From: Camelus ferus
Taxonomy: Eukaryota
DNA length: 64,000 bases
Direction: 5' to 3'
Assembly (NCBI RefSeq): GCF_009834535.1
Contig: NC_045697.1
Coordinates: forward strand, 23,190,001 to 23,254,000
Position numbers and translations under genes: made by a program. Positions 53,097 through 64,000 of this stretch are shown piece after piece. Positions within the stretch are counted from its first letter, which is position 1, and the number at the start of each line of letters is the position of its first letter. The notes under the pieces were generated by a model. The model had not been told where the DNA came from, did no database searches, and saw nothing but the letters and a program-made list of their open reading frames with translations.

Positions 53097-53405
53097 TTTG
53101 TCAAGATATGTAATAATTGTAAATATTTATGTACCCAATGCCAGAGCACATAAATATATAAAACAAATTTTAAGAAAATTAAAAGGAGAAATAAACAGCA
53201 ATACACTAATAGTGGGGGAATTTATTACCCCATTCTCAATAATACATAGATTACCCAGACAGAGAAATGATAAACAGCAGATTTGAACAACAATAAACCA
53301 AATGAACCTAACAGATTTACACAGAGCATCCCATCCAACAGCAATGAACTTCTCAAGCTCACATAAAACATTTTCTAGGATAGATCACATGTTAGGCCAC
53401 ACACA

Positions 53406-53440
<35 letters not shown>

Positions 53441-53774
53441 AAAACTCAAAAAATTCAAGATGATAGAAAGTATACCAAGAATCATTTCCAGCCACAATGT
53501 TATGAAACTAGAAATCAATGACAGGATGAATTCTGAAAATTTTAGAAATACATGGAAATACATAACACATTCTTGAACAACCAATGGATCAAAAAAAAAA
53601 ATCAAAATGGAAACAAAGAAATATATTTAGACAAGCAAGAATAGAAACAAGATATACCAAAACTTAAGGGAGGTAGCAAAAGCAGTTCTAGAAAGAAAGT
53701 TTGTAACTATAAATGCATACATCAAAAAGCAAGACCTCAGGTAAACAATCTAATATTACACATCAACAAACTAG

Positions 53775-53950
53775 GGAGGAGGGTATAGCTCAAGTGGTAA
53801 GAGTGTGTGCTTAGCACGCATGAGGTCCTGGATTCAATCCCCAGTACCTCCTCTAAGAATCAATCAATGAATCAATCAGTCAAGAAAGAAACAAAGAAAG
53901 AAAGGAAGGAAGGGAGGAAGGAAGGAAGGAAGGGAGAAAGAAAGAAAGAA
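53775..53950 (+). mobile_element. tRNA-derived SINE, camelid (Vic-1-like) type, with a microsatellite tail
   Basis: GGAGGAGGGTATAGCTCAAGTGGTAAGAGTGTGTGCTTAGCACGCATGAGGTCCTGGATTCAATCCCCAGTACCTCC (A and B boxes) with an (AATC)n(GAAA/GGAA)n tail. Perfect TSD AACAAACTAG (53765-53774, 53951-53960). Confidence 0.93.
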
Positions 53951-56900
53951 AACAAACTAGAAAAAGGAGAACTAAGCCCAAAGTTAGCAGAAGAATGGAA
54001 AAGAAAGATTAGAGCAAAAATAAATGAACTAGAGAAAAGGAGAGCAATACAAAAATTAACAAAACTAAGAGATGGTTTTTGAAAGCTAAATAAAATTGAC
54101 AGACCTTTATCTAGACTAACTCAGAAAAACATGAAAGGACTCAAATAAAATCAGAAATGGAAGGGGAGACATTACAACAAATAGCACAGAGACACAAAGG
54201 ATCAAAAAAGACTATTATTAGCAACTACATCAACATTGGACAAAGTATAAGAAATCAACAAATTCCTAGACACACTAAACATATAAAGACTGACTCATTT
54301 TCAAAAATTGAAAATCTGAACAGATCAATAATGAGTAAGGATTAAATCAGTAATCAAAAACCTTCCAACAAAGAAAAATCCAGGACTAGATAGTTTCTAC
54401 AGCAAATCTACCAAAGATTTAAAGAAAAAATAATAGCATTACTTCTCAATCTCTTCCAAAAAATTGAAGAGGAGGGAACACTCTCAAACTCACTTTACAA
54501 GGCATGAATTATCATATTACTCAAACTAGATGAGGATATTGTAATAAAAGAAAACTACAGGATAATATCCCTGGTGAATATAAAATGCAAAAATTCTCAA
54601 AAAAAGAAATACTAGTAAACTGAATTCAGCAGCACATTACAATATCATACAAAACGATCAAGTGGAATATATCTCTGGAATACAAGGTTGGTTCAATATA
54701 CACAAATCAAAAATTATAATAAATCACATTAACAGAATAAAAGGTATAAATCATATAATCATTTCAATAGATTCAGAAAAAAGTATTTGAAAAATTCAAC
54801 ATCCTTTGATGATAAAAACACTCAACAAATTGAGTATAGAAGGAATGTGCCATGAAGGCCATATATGGCAGGTCCACAGCTAAAATACTCAATGGAAAAA
54901 GGTTGAGAGCTTTTTCTCTAAGATCAGTAACAAGATAAGGGTGCCTACTTTCCCTACTCCTATTCCATGTAACACTGAACATCTTAGTCAGAGAAATCAG
55001 GCAAAAAAGAAAATAAAAGCCACTTAGATAAAAAAGTCAGGAGTATAATTGCCTTAATTTGCAGGTGACATAATCTTATATGTATACAATTTTAAAGATT
55101 TTACTAAAAAACTATGAAAACTAATAAACAAATCCAGGAAAGGTAAAGGCTAAAAAAAATCACCATATAAAAATCATAAATATTTGTATAATCTAATAAT
55201 GAATTTTCTGAAAAATAAAGCAAACAATCTAATTAATAACATAAAAAACAATAAAATACTTAAGGAATAAATTCATCCAAGGATGTAAAAGATTTGTATA
55301 CTGAAAATTATGACATTGATTAAAAAAATTGAAGAAGAACATAGATAAACAGAAAGATTATCTATGGTCAAGAATTTTAAGAATTGATATTGTTTAAATG
55401 TTCATATTACCAAAAGCCATTTGCAGATTCAGTATCAAAATTCCAATGTTACTTTTCACAGAAATATAAAAATGAATCCTAAAATTTGTATAGAACCACA
55501 AAATATCCCAAATAGACAAAGCAATTTTGAGAAAGAAGAACAAATCTGAGGTGCCACAATTCCTGATTTGAAACTATAATACAAAAATATAGTATACAAA
55601 ATAGTATGGTACTGTCATAAAAAAAGACACACAGACCAATGGAAAAGAATCAAATGTCCAGAGTTAAACTCTTGCATATACACTCAAACAATATTTGACA
55701 AGGAAACCAGAATACTCAATGAGAAAAATACAGTCTCTTTAATAAATAATGTTTAATACATTGAATATCAACATGCAAAAGAATAAAACTGTCCTAGTCA
55801 TACAAATTAACTTGAAATAGATTAGAGACTTAAATACAAAACCTGAAAATCCAGAACTCCTATGAGTAAACATATGGAAAAAGCTCCTTGACATTTGACT
55901 TGGCAATATGTCTTTGGATATTGCAACAAAAGCAGAAATAAATATGTGGGGCTACATTCAAACTAAAACCTTCTGCACATTAAAATAAGTGGTGAATAGA
56001 ATGAAGAGACAATCTACAGAATGGAAGAAGATATTTGAAACTCTTATATCTGATAAGGGGTGATAACTTATATGGAACTCTACAATTCAACAGCAAGAAG
56101 ACAAATAATACAATTTGGAAAACAGGTACAGAATCTGAATAGATATTCTTCCAGTGAAGACCTACAGATGCTCAACAGGTTCAGGGAAAGTTGTTCAGCA
56201 TCAATAATCATTAGAGAACAGTAAATCAAACCCACAATGAGGTATCACCTCATATCTGTTAGAGAAGCTACTATCAAAAAGTTAAGAAATAGCAAGTGTT
56301 GATAAAGATGTGGAGAAATGAGTATCCTTGTGCACTGTGGTAGGAATATAAATTTGGTTAGGCTTTATGGAAAACAGTATGGAGAATCTTCAAAAAATTA
56401 AAAATAGAACTATTGTATGATCCAGTAATCTCACTTCTGGATATATATCTGAAGGAAATAAAATCACTATCTTAGAGAGATACCTGCACTCCCATGCTCA
56501 TTGCAGCATTATTTACTACAACCAAGATATGGAAACAACCTGTGTGTTCATTGACAGATGAATGAATAAAGAAAAGAGTATATACAAAGTACACACACAG
56601 AGAGAGAAATATTATTCAGCCATTAAAAAAAAAGGAATCCTGTCATTTGCAACAACATGGATGGACCTTGAAGGCATTATACTAAGTAAAATAAGTCAGA
56701 GAAAAGCTATATGATATCAGTTATATGTGAAGTCTAAAAAAAATTGAAAAGTCAATCTCATAGAAACAGTAAATTAGTGGTTGCCAGGAGTTGGGGTGGG
56801 TGCAGGTGGTCCAAGGTAACAAACTTACAGTTATAATACGAGTAAGTTTTGGGGGCCTAATACAAAGCATGGTGACTGCAGTTAAAAATACTGTATTATA

Positions 56901-57704
56901 TACTTGAAAGTTGCTAACAGAGTAAATATTAAAAGTTTTTACCATAAAAAAGGAGTTCCTATATGAGGTGACAGATGTGTTAACTAACCTTATTATATGT
57001 TAGTTCAAAATATATATGTATATCCAATCATCACATTGTACATCTTAAACTTACACATTAATGTCAATTGTCTCTCAATAAAGCTGGAGCTTTTTTTCCT
57101 AGAATTAATCTGTTTTTTCAAAAAAAGGAAGTAAAAAAGTAGAAACTGTAACTAACCATGAAATAATAGAATATAAAATCCATTTTAGTTACATATACTG
57201 TGACCAAAATATTACTTAGTTTAGATCGAAGCAATATTTATGAAGCATGGAAGATAGACTATAAAAAATGCTGAAAGAACTTGTTTTTAAGATTTAAACT
57301 TAAAGTCTTCCTCTAAAATAGTAAATTGTCCATCTGGTTTTTCAAAGATAAATGTATTAACTGCATGAACTTATTTTATACAATTCTATAGTCTAATTTC
57401 ATAAGAAAGTGACATACAAATTTGAAATAAGACAGACTTGTTTAAGCTTCTTTACATTCAACAGTGAAGGATACTGCTCTGTAAATAAATACAAGAAAAA
57501 TCAGATAGGATATTCATTATACCCATTATTATTCATAAGGAGGTTTATATTGGATTATGGAAAGTACATTCTTAGAGTAGACTAGAATGAAACATATTTG
57601 GTAAATATGTGCCTATGAATAGTCAACACAGTACCTTGTAATATAAATTAATAATATTATTTTGAAAATTTAATCACTTTTTTAAGAATTATTAGTTATA
57701 AGTA

Positions 57705-57920
57705 TGAAAATAGCTACCATTTTAGCCTCAGGTACGAATCTATCATGTTCCATCGTTTATCAAACTCACACAACAACTCTGTAAGTATTATCATCACTAC
57801 TTCATGGGTGAGAAAACTGAGGCTAACAATATTTAGAAAACTAGCTTATGATTACATGGCTAGTAAAAACATCACACAAAATAGGCTTTATGATTTCAGA
57901 ACTGTACCATTTCCACTACA
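57705..57920 (-). mobile_element. MIR SINE
   Basis: CTCACACAACAACTCTGTAAG...TGAGAAAACTGAGGCT...ACATGGCTAGTAA. Confidence 0.72.
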
Positions 57921-58569
57921 CATTCTAATATTTTGTAAATCCTTGGCTTGTTTTCATTTAATTGTTTAATTATATTCATGTGTTGATGGCTTAAAACTTC
58001 ATTTATTGGAAGCTTGGAAAATTCATTTAACCAAGAGTTCCACAAGAATTAAAAGTGACACATTTAATGTAGACATTATATCACTAGTTGATAGAAACAA
58101 CTGTACCCCACCCCGGTGAGATAACAACCAGAACATTTTTCTAAGTTTTAGGCACTCAGTTTTAAAAAGAATTTTGGTAAAATGGAAGTATCTAGATAAA
58201 AGTGACTAGATTTCCAGGTCAGGTCTCTCTAAGAAAATGTTAGAAAGCTCAGGAAACAAATGAAGGCTTGACCACTGAGGTTTGATACAATGGTTCTTCA
58301 AACTACTTGGCAGAGTATAGAAAACCCTATGTAAGCTGACCTCAGCTAAGCTTTTCCACCTCCAAGCATATAAAAATATATATATATATATATACATATG
58401 TTTTATATATGTGTATATATATATATATACATAAACTGAAAACTCATAAGACTGACACATCTTGAGAAATAGAACATAGCCAGCACCACAGAATTTATCT
58501 TTTGAATTACACCTTTCCACAACTCCCCAGTTTGTTACTAAATAATTAATTATAAATATTAAATACATA

Positions 58570-59940
58570 TCAATTCCTGTATAATACAATTATATAAATA
58601 TTCCAATATTATTTGGTTGTTATAAACAAAACTACTATAATCATCTTTATGCATCTCCTGGTGTAAAAATGCATTTAATTTTATGCTGTATTTCTAGGAG
58701 TGAACTAAAAGTTATGATTGTCATCAAGCTTTTAAAGTATTTCCAAACGTACCTAAAGTTCCTACCAGTAAATATGGACACTGCCCATTCTTTCACATTG
58801 TTGCCAGAGAGTTCTACTTTTGGCCAATATAGTGAATGTGGAGTGATATCTCATAGTCTCTTTTAATTTGTATTCCAGATTCACAATACAGATAAATAAT
58901 TTTCATATACAAGGGGCCATTTGGATTACTCTTTCTGTAAATTACATATTCAAACCTTTTGACATTTTAGCATTGGGTTTCATGTATTTTTTTAATTGTA
59001 AGAGATCCTCATATTTTACAAATGTACTTTTAGTATTTTTAAGTCTACTCCATTTTAGTTTTATAACTGTTGCTTGTTTCAAACTTTTTGTATTTATTTT
59101 TATAGTTTGCTTTGGTTTTTGTTTTGTTTTGTCTTAAATTCAGCTGTCATATCTTTAAGTTATAGAATACCTACTTGGTCCATTAATAATTTTTTTCTGT
59201 GGCATCATTTTTAGTTTCCAGCTTTCCATTAAATATATTATACCTTACTTTCTTTTTTTTGAGCACAGTAAGCATAGTCCATTTTATAATTTGTATCTGA
59301 TTACTTTAGTATCTTTATGCCATGTTTCTACTGGAACTTGCCAATAGTATCTTCTTTCCTTGTGTGTTTTTCCCTTTTGCTGTGTCAAAGACATAATATT
59401 TAAAACTTTTTGGGGGGGTGGGAATAATTATGACCTATAAGAGTGGGATCATCCTTTTGACAAAATTTCCTTTTGCATCTGAGACCCTGAAAGGCAATCA
59501 TATTCCAAGTTCAATGCTTGACTTTCTCAGCCCTCATAGAAAACAAGCTAGGCTGGTTGTACTCTTTTACTTCTGCTTCCCCTTCTGCTTTGAGGGATCG
59601 CAACTTAAATTTGGGTTGTATCAAAAGTCCTCAGATTTGACTGATGCTGGGTTTTGAATTTGCTTCTCTAGCATCAAGTGTCTGTTACCCAGCTATTACA
59701 GCTGTTACACAGCTCAGTGTGTTTTCACTGTTTCAAATGCCCTTATAGCAAAAATTGGATTCTAGTGCATGTACCTCTAGGTTCTCATTATATTCCACAT
59801 CTTGGCTCAGCAATTCTTCATTTATTTTCACAGTCATTCTGATATTTTTAACATTAAAAAATATTATTCCTGGATTTTTGGTTGTCTTTGGTAGGAGATT
59901 TGGTACTTAATGTTTAGATTGTTACTCCTGGAAGCAGCAG
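58570..59940 (-). mobile_element. highly decayed old L1 (L1ME-type) fragments
   Basis: TTTGGTTGT..., TTCTAGGAGTGAA, TGATATCTCATAGTC..TTTAATTTGTATT and GGCCATTTGGATTACTCTTTC motifs. Confidence 0.6.
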
Positions 59941-60431
59941 CAAATGAACATCAAAATATTGGCAGTATTTTTTTCATACCTCTATGGCTTTGTACTTCCT
60001 ATAGCTGAGGCATTCTTTTCCTTAAATAGTGAGGCATACTCCTATTTACTCTTTAAATCACGACACAAAAATTGCTTAATTTAAGACATGCTCAGGGATT
60101 ACTTTTCCTTACTCTTGTTACCAAGACTCCCACACAATCCAAGTAGACTGCACCTTATTTATACACTGTCATTCCCTATGTGTATCATTATCATCACAAT
60201 CATGCAATATTATATCCTTTCATTAATAGTTGTTGCATGAGCATTTGTTTATGTGTTTGTCTTGTGGAATGTGATGTTCTTGAATTCAGGAACTATAAAC
60301 TAAGCCCTACTTATCCTTTAGAGTATACATTAAGTATCAATTCCACAGGGAGTTTTTTCCTTTTCTCTCAAACCTTTGTTAGTTATTTTTTTTGATCCCA
60401 ATTAGAACTTTCCTTATAATGGAAACTTTCC

Positions 60432-61178
60432 TTCTCTTTCTGGTTTACTTCATTTAGTATGACTATCTCCAGGTCCATTCACATTGCTGCAAATGACATT
60501 ATTTTATTCTTTTTTATGGCTGAGTAGTATTCCATTGTATAAATATACCACAACTTTATCCAGTCTTCTGTTGATGGACATTTAGTAGCTTCAAAGTCTT
60601 GGCTATTATAAATAGTGTTTCTATGAATATTGGAGCTCATGTATCTTTTTGAATTAGTGTTTCCTTCAATATATACCCAGGAGTGGGACTGCTGAATCAT
60701 ATGGTAAGTCTACTTTTGGTTTTTTAATGAATCTCCATTCTGTTTTCCATAACAGCTGCACCAAATTACATTTCTACTGTAGGAAGTTTCCCTTTTCTCC
60801 ACACCCTTTCCAGCATTTATCATTTGTGGACTTTTTAATGATGACCAACTGGTGTGAGGTGATACTTCTTTGTAGTGTGAGGTGTAGTGAGGTGTAGTGA
60901 GGTGACATCATATGATATCACTTATATATAGATTTTTTTAAAGGACACAAATCAACTTATTTACAAAACAGAGACAGACTCGAAACATAGAAAACAAGCT
61001 TATGGTTACCAGGGGAGAAAGGGAGTGGGAAAGGATAAATTGGGATTTTGGGATCTGGAGGTACTGACTACTATCTATAAAAGAGACAAAAAACAAGGTC
61101 CTACTGTATAGCACAGGGAACTATATTCAATACTTTGTAATGGCCTATAATGAAAAAGAATATGAAAAGGAATGTGTA

Positions 61179-61227
<49 letters not shown>

Positions 61228-61322
61228 GTGTGTATATATATATGAATCACTATGCTGTACACCAGAAATTAAACATTGTAAATGAACTATATTTCAATAT
61301 AAATACAAATACAAATAAAAAA
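60432..61322 (+). mobile_element. 5'-inverted (twin-primed) lineage-specific LINE-1 insertion
   Basis: 60432-60876 is antisense L1 whose L1-3' end (..GAAGTAAACCAGAAAGAGAA) is contiguous in L1 coordinates with the sense segment starting ACATCATATGATATCAC at ~60905. The sense part runs to an A-rich tail. Confidence 0.9.
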
Positions 61323-61369
61323 GAAATTTTCAGCCTGTATTGTGACTTCAGAGTCTTTACAATTTTTTT

Positions 61370-61446
61370 CCATTCCTATACTTTTTATTGAAGTATAGTT
61401 GATTTACAATGTTGTGTTAATTTCTGGTGTACAGTACAGTCATTCA
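61370..61446 (-). mobile_element. 77-bp LINE-1 3' tip
   Basis: TTTTTATTGAAGTATAGTTGATTTACAATGTTGTGTTAATTTCTGGTGTACAG, with a perfect TSD TACAATTTTTTT (61358-61369, 61447-61458). Confidence 0.9.
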
Positions 61447-61469
61447 TACAATTTTTTTATGTTTGGAAT

Positions 61470-61845
61470 AATCACCCATTCCTGAGCTATTGTATGGTTT
61501 CTTATGTAATATCATTCAGAAATCTGTTCAAAGCTGACTTCCTCAAAGAGCTCTTTTTTGACCATTCAGTTAAAAGATCTTTTCTCAATCACTGCTCCTC
61601 CTTTAATCTGCTTTATTTATTTCAAAATATGCATCACTTTATCGCACACACACACACACACACACACATACACACACACTGCAGATGTTTAGTTGGCTTC
61701 TCCCAGTAGTCTCCCATTTATCATCTGTCCCATGAAAATGATTCTCCACTAAGGCTGGGATTTAGTTTGTCTCATCTTTGATTTTATCCCCAATATCTAG
61801 AATAGTGCTCAACTCAGACCAGGCATGCAATAAATGTTTGCTATA
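61470..61845 (+). mobile_element. LINE-2 3' end
   Basis: TATCCCCAATATCTAGAATAGTGC...CAGGCATGCAATAAATGTTTG terminus. Confidence 0.7.
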
Positions 61846-62883
61846 TGAGACTTCTACTAGATTCTTAACTTTATGAAGGCAAGGATTCTGCCTATCTGGT
61901 CCTTCTTTATCCTTGATGCCTATGATTTCATAGTCATTCATGTTACTGATGGTACAAATAATAGAAATAAAGGGTTAACACTTCAGAAAAATCATACGGA
62001 TTGAGTATTATAAAACTTTCTAAAATTGGTGCTGCTCAGAAATTGAATGTTCACTGAAATTTTGATTTTTTAAAATTATATTAGAATTTGATTGAAATTG
62101 AGTGCCTGTACAGTGATAGAAAATTATAAAAATAATTATTCCTTAAAGTGAGAATTATACAGTCATCTCTGCTAGAAGCAAAATTTTTAAAGGTCAAACA
62201 TCTAAAAGCTTAGAAGTGGAAGTGAGAGTGTGAATTGTGCTTCAATGCTCTTTTCTTTATATTTGGAAAACACAGCTTCATTCACACCTTTCCAGTTTTT
62301 CAACTCTTTTGACAAAGCCTTCAGAGGAACTGCTGCTGATGACAACCATATCAGCCTAAGAGGAGAAAGTTTATAAACAAAAATGATAACACACTTTTTC
62401 CAAATAAGAAGAATATGGTGAAATTAAACCAGATTCAAAAGAGAAAATGCACAAGTAAATACATTATGTAATAATGAATTATTTTAATAGTGACCTTACA
62501 GTTTTTCAGATAGTTCAGTATATGAAACATCACAGCAAATAAACAAAAGCAGACAACAAACAAAAAACTAGGGGGCAGAGAAGGGAAGTATATAATCTAA
62601 AAAGAGCACATGTTCACAGAAAACACGTATCTCTTCAAGTAATAGAAAAATACTGAATATATGATTCAGACTCTACCAGTGAAGTCATAAATGGGACCTT
62701 AATCGTAAATCCTTGTCTTTGGATCAAGCAGGTCATTGGGTGCTGCATAGGTTAAGAATGGCTGTGCCGGTCTTTTCTTTTTCCCTCTGGGATGGGTCAT
62801 ATATTCCATTGCTTCCCCTACACAGCTGCCTGATCCAAGGACTGATTCTGGTGACAGCCCCTGCCCTGACATACTTCTCAACA

Positions 62884-62968
62884 TCACATATATTGATGAC
62901 TGTAATCGCTCTTCCATTCCTCTGCAACTGTCACCATGTTAAAGTGTGGAGAAGTTGGCTCACTTTTG
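62884..62968 (-). CDS. candidate coding part of the terminal exon of the same unidentified gene
   Basis: On -: acceptor catatttctacaaattcccag | CAAAAGTGAG.... Spliced to 63664-63714 it reads ..GFIP/KSEPTSPHFNMVTVAEEWKSDYSHQYM*, with TGA at 62886-62884. Followed by unique UTR-like sequence with ATTAAA on - at ~62485. Confidence 0.42.
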
Positions 62969-63663
62969 CTGGGAATTTGTAGAAATATGAAACATAGATG
63001 ACCTTGCAAAGTGTTTTATTGTTTCTAAAGATGCATGCATTACAATGTATGCATATTTTAAGGAGTGATAATAGCACATTCTGATTTTAGGGTGAGCTGT
63101 AGGATGTGAGTACTGATTAAAGTACTGAGATTAGGCTCCAAAGCTCACCTTACCTTTCCTCCAGTGATTGGTAATTGTTTCCTCATTTCCCCCTCCTATG
63201 GGACCAGGAGCAACCTGAGTGTTAAAGCAAAAAGACAAACTGAGTTGCATATACCCTGTGAAACTCAAAATGATTACTCACTTCTGGCTTCCTAAGTCTA
63301 CTCACTTCATTATTTATGTCAACGTCTCCCTGGAACCAAGATACCTGGAACCTCAATCAGGGCATTTCCCTGTCTTAATACAGGGAATCACTCAGTAGTC
63401 TGATCTCCACACCTCCCATAAGTTTTCTTAAATTCTTATGCTCATAATCCCAGATACGCTTTGTTTCCCAGCTCAGTTACACTAGGATTTCAAACTGAGA
63501 GGAGGTCTGAGTAATGCCACATTCAGTCATCTATTTTACAATTCCAAGTACTTGGAACTAGAGTATGATAGTAACATTTATTCCAATAAATCACCCTGCA
63601 TTTATTAGCATCATGCAAGACATCAATAAAGATCATTCAAAATCATCCACATTTACAACTTAC

Positions 63664-63714
63664 GGGATAAAACCCGTACCAGTGGGTCCTTCTGTGCTCT
63701 GGGTGGTCATATTG
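63664..63714 (-). CDS. candidate 51-nt internal exon of an unidentified gene
   Basis: On -: acceptor tcttgttagttttcaccag | CAATATGACC...TTTTATCCC | gtaagt donor. The length is a multiple of 3. Open in two frames (NMTTQSTEGPTGTGFIP or QYDHPEHRRTHWYGFYP). Non-repetitive and GC-richer than its flanks. Confidence 0.5.
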
Positions 63715-64000
63715 CTGGTGAAAACTAACAAGATCTGTTACAAGCTCATCCTCATGACCTCTAGGGAGCCTAACTAACACCTTGACTGGTGTTAGAAAGG
63801 AATGAAGCAGGGAGGGATAAAGACTAATTAAGAATTGGCTAGGTGAAAAAAAAATCACTGTTGCAAAGTAGATTTTTTAAAACAATGTTATGTGTTGGGA
63901 ATAGTATTTTATAAATTGCGGTATAATCATTTATTGAGAGCTCACAATATAAATTATATTAGTCCTTGCATTCATCATCTTATTTAACTCCCACCACAAT

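Larger units (their letters stand above)
49812..57087 (+). mobile_element. near full-length decayed LINE-1, L1MA9-like (5' UTR, ORF1, ORF2, 3' UTR)
   Basis: G-rich start and repeat-containing 5' UTR. ORF1-like DNA at ~51.1-52.3 kb. ORF2 from ~52.8 kb (ORF 53086 NIYVPNARAHKYIKQIL..) to ~56.7 kb. L1MA9-type 3' end GCATGGTGACTGCAGTTAA..TACTTGAAAGTTGCTAA..TCTCAATAAAGCTGG. Many stops and frameshifts. Confidence 0.9.

Noticed and set aside
53775..53853. Possible tRNA gene (also 21266-21345)
   Set aside because: Imperfect acceptor stem, A-rich or microsatellite tail and TSD show a tRNA-derived SINE, not a functional tRNA.
62699..62982. Track ORFs 62699-62917 (-), 62713-62982 (+) and 62733-62927 (-) as standalone genes
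   Set aside because: They overlap the proposed terminal exon and 3' UTR in other frames and lack independent support.

Overview
AT-rich, CpG-depleted mammalian genomic DNA dominated by transposable elements. It is not prokaryotic, and I see no CRISPR array, operon or intact long gene. Two tRNA-derived SINEs of the camelid (Vic-1-like) type, camelid-type L1 3' UTRs and the apparent absence of Alu, B1/B2, Bov-A/BovB, CHR and PRE-1 point to a camelid (alpaca, llama or camel); this is an inference. The window holds about 10 lineage-specific L1 3' insertions (two 5'-inverted by twin priming, several with readable TSDs), a decayed near-full-length L1MA9-like element (~49.8-57.1 kb) with nested insertions, older L1/L2/MIR fragments, several solo LTRs (ERV1-type, LTR16, MLT1), a Tigger1 derivative, a MER81-like element and microsatellites. 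The only gene-like signals are two candidate spliced exons on the minus strand at the right end (63664-63714 and 62884-62968) and a CpG-dense candidate minus-strand exon at ~19.7 kb; I cannot name a gene for either. Almost all ORFs in the track are spurious or L1/microsatellite-derived. I found no convincing new biological system. The best leads are the unassigned exons, a pre-miRNA-like hairpin at 37.7 kb and several L1 integration signatures. Boundaries of old repeats are approximate, and family names were assigned by eye.
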